44,056 nt of DNA from Chthonomonadaceae bacterium. GTDB taxonomy: Bacteria; Armatimonadota; Chthonomonadetes; Chthonomonadales; Chthonomonadaceae. The position numbers and the translations under genes are program-made. Positions within the stretch are counted from its first letter, which is position 1; each line of letters starts with the position of its first letter. Shown here in pieces: positions 27,323-35,979 of the stretch. The notes beneath the pieces are model-generated. The model was not told the DNA's origin. It saw only the letters and a list, made by a program, of their open reading frames with translations, and ran no database searches. The DNA lies in the NCBI GenBank assembly GCA_035650735.1, contig DASRGZ010000056.1, positions 62,001 through 106,056 on the forward strand, in the 5' to 3' direction.

Positions 27323-29137
27323 TTAGAAGCCGGCGGTGAAGACGACGCGCATGACTTCGTCGGGCGTGGTGACGCCCTGGAGGACTTTAACCAGGCCGTC
27401 CTCGCGCAGCTCATGCATACCGTTGGCTTTCGCCGCTTCTTTAATATCGGAGAGCGGAGATCGGCGAACCACCATCTCGGCGATTTCCGCGTTCATGCGC
27501 AGCAGCTCGTAGAAGCCGATGCGGCCCTTATAGCCGGTATGGCGGCAGGCCTCGCAGCCACGGCCGCGCGCTATCTGCACCTTCTGCTCCGGGTCTTCCG
27601 GCTTGAAGCCGAAGCGGCGCAGGTAGTTGGCCTCGACCTCGTAGTACTCCTTGCATTCGGTACAGATTTTGCGTCCCAGGCGTTGGGCCAGAATGCCGAT
27701 GACGGTCGCCGAGACAAGGAACGGCTCGATGCCCATATCAATCATACGAATGGTGGCCGAGGGCGCATCATTGGTATGGAGCGTGGAGAGGACCAGGTGG
27801 CCGGTAAGAGAGGATTCAACGGCGATTTCCGCCGTTTCCAGGTCGCGCATCTCTCCGACCATGATGATGTCCGGGTCCTGGCGGAGGAAGGAGCGCAGGG
27901 CGGTGGCGAAGGTCAGGCCCGCCTTCTTGTTGACCTGCACCTGCGTGATACCGCTCAACTGGTACTCGCACGGGTCCTCGATGGTCAGAATGTTCTTCTC
28001 AATGGTGTTGAGCTTGTTGAGCAGCGAGTACTGCGTCGTGGTCTTGCCGGAACCGGTCGGGCCGGTGGAGAGCAGCATGCCGTTAGGCTGCATAGCCAGC
28101 TCCTCAAGCTGAGCCTGCACTTCATCCGTGAAGCCCAGCTTGTTCAGGCCGATCATGACGCTGCTCTTGTCCAGGATGCGCATGACGACCTTCTCGCCAT
28201 GCAGGTTGGGCAGGCAGGAGACGCGCAGGTCGTAGTCCTTGCCGCCGACGCGGATACCGATGCGTCCGTCCTGGGGCAGGCGGCGCTCCGCGATGTTCAT
28301 CTCCGCCATGATCTTGTAGCGGGCGATCAGCGGCGCCTGGATGTACTTGGGCGTCGTCATCGTCTCATGCAGAACGCCGTCAATACGGTAGCGGATGCGC
28401 ACGTTGCGCCGGTCGGGCTCGATGTGGATGTCGGAGGCGCGCTCCTGGACGGCGCGCTGGATGATGGCGTTGGCAAGCCGCACAATGGGCGCCTCTTCGG
28501 CCACTTTGGCCGCCGACTCATCATCATCCTCGATCTTGGCGGCTTCACCCCGCGCGCCATATTCGGCCATCGCCTGGGCCATGGCGGACTTGGTATCCGC
28601 ATCCACCACCTCGCCGCCACCGGTTCCGGAAGCGCGCAGCGGGTTCATGCCGGGCTTGGCGGCCCCGACGGCGCCTGCCGCCTCCGGTGCGCCCACCGGC
28701 GCCACCGAGGAGCCGTAATAGCGGCCGATGGCTTCCTCGATCTGATCGGGCACACCCAGCACGGCGCGCACCTGGCAGCGCGACACCAGCCGCAGGTCGT
28801 CGGCGGCGGTCAGGTTGTTGGTGTCGGCCATCGCCACGTAGAGCGTGTTGCCGTCCTTTTTGACCGGCAGGACGTTATGGCGCTTGGCGATATGCTCAGG
28901 GACGACGTTAATGGCGCTCTGCTCTGGCTTAAACTTGCTCAGATCGACAAACGGAACTGCCATCTCCTGCGCCTTGGCCTCATAGACATCGCGTGCCGGG
29001 AGGCCCATTTCGATTAGAATTTTGGCCAGGTCGCTGCGCGAGCTCTGCTGGGCCTTGCGGGCCTCCGCGAGCTGTTCCGGAGAGATGTAGCCCTTCTCCA
29101 GCATGTAGTCGGCCATACTTTTACGAGCCATTACCAT
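27323..29137 (-). CDS. pilB: Type IV pilus assembly ATPase (GspE/PilB family)
   Basis: ASDIHIEP, ERRLPQDGRI, GPTGSGKT, LRQDPDIIMVGEMRD, CTEC/CEAC zinc motif; degenerate MshEN-like N-terminus. Confidence 0.96.
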   Translation of the reverse strand: MVMARKSMADYMLEKGYISPEQLAEARKAQQSSRSDLAKILIEMGLPARDVYEAKAQEMAVPFVDLSKFKPEQSAINVVPEHIAKRHNVLPVKKDGNTLYVAMADTNNLTAADDLRLVSRCQVRAVLGVPDQIEEAIGRYYGSSVAPVGAPEAAGAVGAAKPGMNPLRASGTGGGEVVDADTKSAMAQAMAEYGARGEAAKIEDDDESAAKVAEEAPIVRLANAIIQRAVQERASDIHIEPDRRNVRIRYRIDGVLHETMTTPKYIQAPLIARYKIMAEMNIAERRLPQDGRIGIRVGGKDYDLRVSCLPNLHGEKVVMRILDKSSVMIGLNKLGFTDEVQAQLEELAMQPNGMLLSTGPTGSGKTTTQYSLLNKLNTIEKNILTIEDPCEYQLSGITQVQVNKKAGLTFATALRSFLRQDPDIIMVGEMRDLETAEIAVESSLTGHLVLSTLHTNDAPSATIRMIDMGIEPFLVSATVIGILAQRLGRKICTECKEYYEVEANYLRRFGFKPEDPEQKVQIARGRGCEACRHTGYKGRIGFYELLRMNAEIAEMVVRRSPLSDIKEAAKANGMHELREDGLVKVLQGVTTPDEVMRVVFTAGF

Positions 29138-29185
29138 GTTCGTGTCTCCACTATCTTCCTGATACGTGTTTACATCGGTGATTTC

Positions 29186-29300
29186 GGGCTACAGCACCAA
29201 ACCGAGGTAGACACTCCCAGCCGTGTGGATCAATCTCACGCAGCCTGCTGCTGAGGAGATACGTCAACACCGTTGGGAGCGATTACCCAAACCGAAGCCC
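29186..29300 (-). other. Candidate structured 5' leader RNA (long imperfect rod) of the pil operon
   Basis: Nested pairings GGGCU/AGCCC, GGUA/UACC, GCUCCCA/UGGGAGU, GUGU/ACAC, AUCUC/GAGAU, CAGC/GCUG; UCGGUUUGG on both arms. Confidence 0.4.
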
Positions 29301-29331
29301 CTCTAGAGAATGGTTCCGCGTTGATCGCCCG

Positions 29332-29360
29332 ATTATAACACACTGCTTTTAACCACGCAA
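29332..29360 (-). promoter_or_regulatory. Sigma70-type promoter for pilB (TTGCGT-N17-TATAAT, extended -10 TG)
   Basis: Minus strand TTGCGTggttaaaagcagtgtgtTATAAT about 195 nt upstream of pilB. Confidence 0.7.
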
Positions 29361-29650
29361 GTACTTCTGTATTTCTCATCAGGGTCATCACACATAGCGA
29401 TTTCCCCTTCTCCGCGAAGCAGACGATCCTCCCTGTGAGGAGACGAACATGCGCCTGCCCTGTATTTCTACTTCCTGTTGCCCACGCACAAGAGGCGGGG
29501 CATCTCCGGATGATTGGCACCAATACGTTCCCCAACGCAAAAGGGTTCCTGGCAGCGCCCAGGTCACGATCTATAAACATTGCCTGGGCAGGAAACGCAA
29601 AAAAGCCTCCCCCGCCAGGCAGGAGCGATTAGCGAGCTCTATGCGACCGC

Positions 29651-30559
29651 CTACGCATTTTCGGACGGTCCGAGCCCCTGCAAGACCGCTTTTTCCATAA
29701 TCTCGGTTGGCGGCCAGAGGCCCGTCCAGCGCTGAAAGGCAACCGCACCCTGGTAGACCAGCATTTTCACGCCGGTGAGCGTGCGGCAGCCATGCTTGCG
29801 CGCTTGTTTGAGCAGTTGCGTCTCGACCGGGTTGTAGACCAGATCGTAGACCAACAGGGTCGGATGGAACGCTTCCAGGGGAACGGGCGGCAGGGCATCG
29901 GTCTCTGGATACATGCCGATGCGCGTTGTGTGGACCAGCAGTTCTGCCCCGGCGATAGCGTCCGCAATTTCCTGTGTCTGATCCAGAGCCAGAGGGCGCA
30001 CGGCCTCCGCACCGAATCCGGCGGAGGCGACGGCTTGCGCCAGCCGCTCCGCCCGTTCGGGCGTGCGGTTCGCCAGCACGATATGCGCGCCTTCGCGGGC
30101 CAGCCGGAAGACGACGGCGCGCGCCGCCCCGCCCGCTCCCAGCACCACCGCCTGCTTGCCCTGCAGGTCAACGCCGAGCTCGCGCAGTGGCTCATAAAAG
30201 CCGCGCCCGTCGGTGTTGTCGCCGAGCAGCTTGTCCTCAACGCAGTGGACGGTGTTCACCGCCCCCACATCGCGGGCTTCGGTTGTGATGTCGTCCAGGA
30301 ACGGCAGGACGCTCTCTTTATGCGGGATCGTCAGGTTGACTCCGACGATTCCCAATGCTGGCAGGCTTCGTATGGCCGGGCCAAGGGCCTCGGGACGCAC
30401 AGGAAAAGGAATATAAATGTATGAGAGCCGGAGCGCGGCAAAAGCGGCATTGTGCATCGCCGGGGAAAGGCTGTGTTCGACGGGGAAGCCGAAGACGCCA
30501 ACCACTTTCGTGTTGCCGCTCACGAAAGGGACTGCTCTACCTGATAGGTCAGACGACAT
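29651..30559 (-). CDS. aroE: Shikimate dehydrogenase
   Basis: PVEHSLSPAMHN, GVNLTIPHK, GAVNT, GDNTD, GAGGAARA, DLVYNP, MLVYQG. The true start may be GTG 30523. Confidence 0.96.
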   Translation of the reverse strand: MSSDLSGRAVPFVSGNTKVVGVFGFPVEHSLSPAMHNAAFAALRLSYIYIPFPVRPEALGPAIRSLPALGIVGVNLTIPHKESVLPFLDDITTEARDVGAVNTVHCVEDKLLGDNTDGRGFYEPLRELGVDLQGKQAVVLGAGGAARAVVFRLAREGAHIVLANRTPERAERLAQAVASAGFGAEAVRPLALDQTQEIADAIAGAELLVHTTRIGMYPETDALPPVPLEAFHPTLLVYDLVYNPVETQLLKQARKHGCRTLTGVKMLVYQGAVAFQRWTGLWPPTEIMEKAVLQGLGPSENA

Positions 30560-30579
30560 AAGTTAACAAAAATGTTCCG
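30552..30579 (-). promoter_or_regulatory. Candidate ECF sigma promoter GGAAC-N18-CGTC at the aroE 5' end
   Basis: cGGAACatttttgttaacttatgtCGTCtga; shares CGGAACATT with the two pil copies; overlaps the ORF-track ATG. Confidence 0.45.
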
Positions 30580-30660
30580 GGATGCCTCCCAGATCCAATA
30601 CGCTTCGTGATGTAAATTCGTTGCCATAACTTGCAAAATAGACTGCCTTCACCCCCGATA

Positions 30661-30848
30661 GACCTCACCCCAGCCTGCAGCCACCCACTGCCAGGGTCGG
30701 GCCTGCAATGGACTGCAAGGGTCGGCAGGGTTACGGCCCCTGCCTCCGCCTTGCCACAGCCCCCGCCTCGCGACCCCCAAGAACAGGGGAGGGGAGAGAG
30801 AAGCCGGGTCACCCCCTTCCCTCGCAGGGAAGGGGGACGGGGGGTTAT
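30661..30848. repeat. Composite REP-like element with an inverted nested module
   Basis: Outer GACCTCACCCC...GAGAAGCCGGGTCACCCCTTCCCTCGCAGGGAAGGGGGACGGGGGGTTA matches 12860-12934 and 12738-12760; inner 30684-30776 is a reverse-complement match to 12932-13025. Confidence 0.75.
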
Positions 30849-30931
30849 ATCAAGTCCGATGGAATACTTATCGTATGGCTACCTCAAGGTGCAGCGCATA
30901 TGGGAAGAAATTCACCGGATTGGATATTAGG

Positions 30932-31567
30932 TCAAATATGCCCCTGCCGGTTAAAGCGGTTCAGCAAGAACCGCTCCAATGGGCGGCTGACGTAGCGCGT
31001 ATAAGGGAACTCACGCGGATGGATCGGCTTGACCATGATGGTATAGATGCCGCAGCGATTGCCGCCCCAGATATCGGTAAACATCTGATCGCCGATGATG
31101 GCGGTGTTATGGGGCGTCGTGCCCATTGCGGCCATCGCCCGGTGGAACCCGCTGCGGCTGGGCTTGCGCGCCTTGCGGATATTCGGGCAGCCAAGCCGCT
31201 CGGCGATGCGCTCCGACCGTCGGCTCAAAATGGAATTGGACAGGATGCTCAGCTTAAAGCCTGCCGCTTTCAGGGAGGCCAGCCAGGCGAGGACCTCCTC
31301 GGTCATCTCCTCCTTTTGCCAAAGCACCAGCGTGTTGTCCAGATCCAGGATGATGCCCTGGATGCCCCGCTCCGCCAGCTCTTCCGGCGTGATCTGGGCC
31401 ACCGACTCGACGACACGGTGCGGGCAGAAGATCAGCATCCCGCGCCGGTGCGGGTGCCCTGCCTCCGCCGGGGCGGGCGTCTCCGCCGGGGCGTCGGCGC
31501 TGCCGGTCTCTAACGCTTCCGAGGGCGGCGCCTCCGGGCTCAATTCTATATTCTGCGCGTCATCCAC
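30932..31567 (-). CDS. yqeG: YqeG family HAD IIIA phosphatase
   Basis: GIILDLDNTL, ILSN, ARKP, IIGDQMFTDIWGGNR; GTG start with GGAGG RBS. Confidence 0.9.
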   Translation of the reverse strand: MDDAQNIELSPEAPPSEALETGSADAPAETPAPAEAGHPHRRGMLIFCPHRVVESVAQITPEELAERGIQGIILDLDNTLVLWQKEEMTEEVLAWLASLKAAGFKLSILSNSILSRRSERIAERLGCPNIRKARKPSRSGFHRAMAAMGTTPHNTAIIGDQMFTDIWGGNRCGIYTIMVKPIHPREFPYTRYVSRPLERFLLNRFNRQGHI

Positions 31568-32678
31568 CGGGCGAAGCCTCCTTTGCGCTCTCCTGCTGCC
31601 GTTCTAGACGGGCTTGGCGTTTGGCGGCTTCATGCTCGACGAGGCTGCGCGTGAAGATGTGCTGACCGTTGGGGCGCGCTACGTAGTACAGGAAATCGTT
31701 CTTTTCCGGGTGCAGGGCGGCGCGGAGCGCCTCCAGGCCGGGATTGGCGATTGGGCCGGGGGGCAATCCGGTATGCCGATAGGTGTTATACGGCGAGTTG
31801 ACCTGCAAATCCTTGTAGAGCACCTGGTCTTTATGGTGGCCGAGCGCGTAGAGCACGGTGGCGTCTACTTCCAGCCGCATGCCTTGCTTCAGCCGATTTT
31901 CCAGCACTCCGGCGATGCGGGCGCGGTCCTCCGGCACGCGGGCCTCACGCTCAATCAAGGAAGCCTCGGTAACGATTGCGTGCAAGCTGCGCCCGCTAGA
32001 CGCAATTTCCTGTTGATAGGGACGGACGAACCGCCGGGAAAAGTTCAGCAGCATGGTATTTAGGATATGGACGGGCGGCGTATGGGGTGGAAAGGCGTAG
32101 GTATCGGGAAACAGGTAGCCCTCCAGCGAGCGGCGGGGAAGCGGGAAATCGGCGCTGCATTCGGCGATCCCCTCCGGGTCGGTGGCCTGCTTGAGAAACG
32201 CTCTGGCGTCAGCGATACCCTTGGCCTCCAGCGCCTCGGCGATCTGTTTGAGCGTGTACCCTTCCGGGATCGTCACCTTAATCCGGTCTTCCATCCCGCC
32301 GGTCTGGAGCGCGGAGATAATCTGGTCCAGCGTCATGTCGCCGGAGAGCTCGTAGCGGCCCGCCTTGAGCCTGTCGCCGACGCCGCGCCAGCGCACGTAC
32401 CAGTCGAAGGCGAGCGCGCTGCGGATCACGCCGCGCCGCTCCAGCAACTGGCCGATGCGCGCCACGGTGACGCCGGAGGGGATGCGTACCTCTCTGGGAT
32501 GCGGCGTGGTGGAGATGGGCCGGAACAGCGGCAGAAGTCCGGCGACGGCGAGCGCCGCCGCAACCAGCAGCCCAAGCACAAGCCCGGTTATCCAGCGCCG
32601 CCATCGGCGGCGAGCGACGGCACGCGCCTTGCGGGCCGGCGTCTCGATCAGTTCCGGTTGCTTACCGCGCACGCTCAT
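31560..32678 (-). CDS. mltG: Endolytic peptidoglycan transglycosylase
   Basis: N-terminal TM; VTIPEG, LEGYLFPDTY, ASLIERE, DATVLY, SPYNTY..GLPPGPIANPG. Confidence 0.95.
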   Translation of the reverse strand: MSVRGKQPELIETPARKARAVARRRWRRWITGLVLGLLVAAALAVAGLLPLFRPISTTPHPREVRIPSGVTVARIGQLLERRGVIRSALAFDWYVRWRGVGDRLKAGRYELSGDMTLDQIISALQTGGMEDRIKVTIPEGYTLKQIAEALEAKGIADARAFLKQATDPEGIAECSADFPLPRRSLEGYLFPDTYAFPPHTPPVHILNTMLLNFSRRFVRPYQQEIASSGRSLHAIVTEASLIEREARVPEDRARIAGVLENRLKQGMRLEVDATVLYALGHHKDQVLYKDLQVNSPYNTYRHTGLPPGPIANPGLEALRAALHPEKNDFLYYVARPNGQHIFTRSLVEHEAAKRQARLERQQESAKEASPGG

Positions 32679-33127
32679 GCCGTCTCCTCGTCCTCGCTTT
32701 GTTCCTTTAGATTGCGCCTGCGGTCGAGATAGGTCTGGAGTATCAGGCAGGCAGCCATAGAGTCCACCGTGCGTTTGCGCTCTTCCCGGCGGCGGTCGGC
32801 GGCGATCAAGACGCGCTCGGCCTCGCTGGTGGAGAGCCGCTCATCCTGTGTAGTTATCGGTATGCGCACGTTGTTTCGCAAGACCTTGATAAACTCCTCG
32901 ACCTTTTCGGCCTGGATGCCGCGCGTGCCGTCGAGCATCAGCGGCAGGCCGACGACGATCTCCTTGACCTCATTCTCGGCTACCAGTTGGCGGAGCGCCG
33001 CCATATCGCGCTTCTTGCCCTCCTGCCGCACAATCGTGGTTGCGGGGAACGCGCGGGTTCCCGTCTCGTCGCTGAAGGCGACGCCGATGGTCTTTTCGCC
33101 CACATCCAGGGCCATAATGCGAGACAT
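32675..33127 (-). CDS. ruvX: YqgF/RuvX nuclease
   Basis: MALDVGEKTIGVAFSD, IVVGLP, DERLST, VDSMAACLILQTYLD. Confidence 0.95.
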   Translation of the reverse strand: MSRIMALDVGEKTIGVAFSDETGTRAFPATTIVRQEGKKRDMAALRQLVAENEVKEIVVGLPLMLDGTRGIQAEKVEEFIKVLRNNVRIPITTQDERLSTSEAERVLIAADRRREERKRTVDSMAACLILQTYLDRRRNLKEQSEDEETA

Positions 33128-33134
33128 GAGGAAC

Positions 33135-34283
33135 CTAACTCCGTTTCAGCCAGGGCGCGATGAGCGCCAGCAAAGCCATGCTCAGGGGCACCAGCGCGAG
33201 CGCGCCGCGCCAATCCAGCGGCGTCGCGGCCAGCGCGCCGATAGCCCAGGGCAGCGCCGCCCCGCCCAGGCCGCCCAGCGCCACGACGCCGCCAAAGGCC
33301 GTTCCGGCGACGGTCGGGAAGCGCGCTCCGGTTTCAGCCAGCACGACGCCGTAGATGCCGGAGAAGAACAGCCCGGTCAGCGCCACACACAGCATCACCC
33401 AGGCCGGCGTGCTCCCGATCAGCGCCAGCGTCGAGCAGAGGGCGCCGCACCAGGCCAACCATTGGGCCAGGCGGAGCAGCGGCATCCGCTCCACCAGCGC
33501 GCCCGTCGTCACCCGCCCGACGGTCATGGCCAGCCAGAACACGGTGACGACCAGGCCGGCCCAGGCCGCGCCTCCCGGCAGCCTCGCCTGGAAATACGTG
33601 GGCATCCAGAGGAAAAATCCCGTCTCCGCCCCGACATAGAGTCCCTGCGCCAGGCAGAGCGCGCCGAAGGCCGGCCTCTTTAAGACGGCCAACAATGTGC
33701 GAAAGTTCAACGCCTCCGGGCCGTGCGCCGAGCGCGGAACAGATTGCAGCGCCAGCGCCACGCACAGCAGCACGTTGGCAAGGGCCAATCCGAGATAGAG
33801 CATGCGCCAGTTGGTCCCGATTGCCAGCAGGCGGTAGGCCAGGGTCGGGCCGATGGCCGCGCCCACGCCGAAGGCTACCTGGATGGCGTTGATCATAAAC
33901 GCGCGCCGCCCCGGGTAGAGATCGGAGGCCAGCGCGCTGGCTACCGTCTCCATAGCGCCGCTGCCGGCGCCGAACAGCGCCGCCGCCAGCAGCGCCAGGT
34001 TGAACGTAGGCGCCTTTCCGAATAGCGCCAGCCCCAGCGCATAGCCCGACAATCCCAGCAGCAGCACCGCCTTGCGGCCCCATCGGTCCGAGAGGTAGCC
34101 GCAGACCACCACACCGACCACGAAGCCGCCGAAGTCCGCCGGGAAGAGCCTCCCCTCGACCTCCGGGCCAAGCCCAAACGTTTTGCCCAGAAATGGCAGC
34201 AGCACGCTCACCCCGCCCAGATAGAGGGCAAAGAGGAACATGACCGCGCAGCAGATAGCCGCCAGTCCGCCCCGCCCGCGCAT
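33135..34283 (-). CDS. MFS transporter
   Basis: About 12 hydrophobic segments; motif A GYLSDRWGRK. Start uncertain; ATG 34283 chosen to avoid overlap with the upstream gene. Confidence 0.85.
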   Translation of the reverse strand: MRGRGGLAAICCAVMFLFALYLGGVSVLLPFLGKTFGLGPEVEGRLFPADFGGFVVGVVVCGYLSDRWGRKAVLLLGLSGYALGLALFGKAPTFNLALLAAALFGAGSGAMETVASALASDLYPGRRAFMINAIQVAFGVGAAIGPTLAYRLLAIGTNWRMLYLGLALANVLLCVALALQSVPRSAHGPEALNFRTLLAVLKRPAFGALCLAQGLYVGAETGFFLWMPTYFQARLPGGAAWAGLVVTVFWLAMTVGRVTTGALVERMPLLRLAQWLAWCGALCSTLALIGSTPAWVMLCVALTGLFFSGIYGVVLAETGARFPTVAGTAFGGVVALGGLGGAALPWAIGALAATPLDWRGALALVPLSMALLALIAPWLKRS

Positions 34284-34377
34284 CGTCAACGCGGCGCTAT
34301 CTGTCGGTATAGTCTCCGTAGCGATTCGTCTGTCCAGGTCGTAGGTTCCTCTGCTTTCTGCCGCCGTGAGGCGAGAC

Positions 34378-34983
34378 TCAGGTACAGATGGATAACTCAG
34401 CCCTACCAAGTTCTTCCAACCAGAATTCCGCATCCTTCTTCACTAGCGGGTCAGGGTCATTGAGGCAGCCTTGTAGCAACTCGATACAGCGTTTATCTCC
34501 ATAATCCTGAGCTAGGCCACCCAGCACATTAACCACTGAGTGCCGCACATGCGCATTACCCTGGCGCAGAACCTCGATTAAGGCTGGAACTGCCTTCGGC
34601 CCCATTCGATGAGAGGCCATACCTGCCGGACGAGTTTCATCTTGGCTTAAGTATATCCGGGTCAGTGGCTCTATCGCACGCTCGTCGCCTAGAATGCCAA
34701 GAGCAACCGTAGCATCGTAACGCACACGCTCGTCAGGATCGTCCGTAAGGCGCAGGATCGTCTCATAGGCCCGTGGATCGTGGGTGTAGCCCAACACCCA
34801 GGCCGCCCGAAATCGAACCACCGGGTTCGGATGATGGCACGCTTCCAGCAGTTGTTCGAGCGCCCTTGAGCCATAGTAGCGGATGAGGTAGCCTTCGGCA
34901 CGAGCAGAGACGTTCTCGTCGGGGCTGTTGAGGTTGGTGATATGACGCTGTATGCGTCGTTTCTCGGCTGTCTCTTTAGGCAT
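34378..34983 (-). CDS. HEAT-repeat (PBS lyase-like) protein
   Basis: Repeats NPVVRFRAAWVLG, DERVRYDATVALG, NAHVRHSVVNVLG, DPLVKKDAEFWL. Confidence 0.85.
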   Translation of the reverse strand: MPKETAEKRRIQRHITNLNSPDENVSARAEGYLIRYYGSRALEQLLEACHHPNPVVRFRAAWVLGYTHDPRAYETILRLTDDPDERVRYDATVALGILGDERAIEPLTRIYLSQDETRPAGMASHRMGPKAVPALIEVLRQGNAHVRHSVVNVLGGLAQDYGDKRCIELLQGCLNDPDPLVKKDAEFWLEELGRAELSICT

Positions 34984-35201
34984 GAGTTCGTACTCCTCAT
35001 CCTAGGGTCCTGCGCCAATCCGTGCGAAATAGTATACCCTAGCGCCCAAGCAAACTTTCCTGACCGGCGCTTGGAAACGGATTGGCGGCAGGCAGGGAAT
35101 CTGCTATTCTTTCCCAGGTTGCCCAGGTAAATAAGGAAACAAACTTCGGCCTTTCGATTGACAGCCGGGGAGAGCAAGCGCAGGTTGGAGGAGTCAGGGA
35201 C

Positions 35202-35905
35202 ATGAAGCGCGGATTTACTCTGATTGAATTGCTCGTCGTTATCGCTATTATCGCTATCTTAGCGGCAATTCTGTTTCCTGTCTTTTCCCAGGTGCGGGCT
35301 AAAGCGCGTCAGGCGACCTGTACCAGCAACGTGCATCAACTCGGGCTGTCGCTCAGCATGTACCGGCAAGACTACGATGGGGTCAGCGCGCGCTACCGTT
35401 TCTGTCCCGACGCGCCGGGCAAGAGCTATGCGCCATTCAGAACCTGGCCCCGCTTCCCTGGACCGGCCCTCACGAAACCTGGTGGGCGCCCTACGATAAC
35501 TCCGTTCCCTCCGACTCTCCCGGCCCGTACCCGCACTACAACATCGGCTTCATCCAGCCCTACGCGAAGAGCACGCAGATTTTCAAATGTCCCGCCGACA
35601 TACGGTGGCAGGTTGGCTATGCGATGAGTTACATCACGGGCGGGCCGATGGGCAAGCCGGACGCCGCCATTACCCGGCCCACGGTCCTCTATGTCTGGGA
35701 CCACGCGCGAACGCCGGGCTGCGCCGATACCCGCTCTGGCCATGTCGGCCCCGTCTGGGACCCATTTCCCCAGGCCAAGGATAGCATGCACACACACTAT
35801 CCCTTCCGACATAGTGATGGCTTTGTCGGATTGCGCTACGATGGCAGTGTGAAGTTCCGCAAACCCTCCAGCCTGACCAATGCTGATTTCCTCGCCGGTG
35901 AGTGA
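35202..35905 (+). pseudogene. Frameshifted prepilin-type DUF1559 / H-X9-DG protein (~234 aa if restored)
   Basis: Frame 0 gives [28 protein letters not shown]...MYRQDYD. The -1 frame from about 35420 gives [14 protein letters not shown]...GYAMS...RHSDGFVGLRYDGSVK*. Confidence 0.75.
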
Positions 35906-35979
35906 GGAGGGGCCGCACGGGGATAAATGGATGATGCCGCGCGGTGCGGATAACATCGCTTTACCAAAGGTAATCGCTC

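Noticed and set aside
27011..29017. 668-aa plus-strand ORF, and the 639-aa minus-strand ORF at 40748-42667
   Set aside because: They lie antisense to pilB and ilvD respectively and are shadow frames.
29186..29300. Identity of the pilB leader as 6S RNA, SRP RNA or a c-di-GMP riboswitch
   Set aside because: I could not find the diagnostic motifs of those families by eye; kept only as an unassigned structure.
29236..29700. Short ORFs in the aroE-pilB intergenic region
   Set aside because: No recognisable protein features; they overlap the promoter/leader or the aroE 3' end.
33128..34351. Perfect 10-bp inverted repeat GAGGAACCTA (33128-33137) / TAGGTTCCTC (34342-34351) bracketing the MFS gene
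   Set aside because: Short, with no recombinase or target duplication nearby; could be chance.
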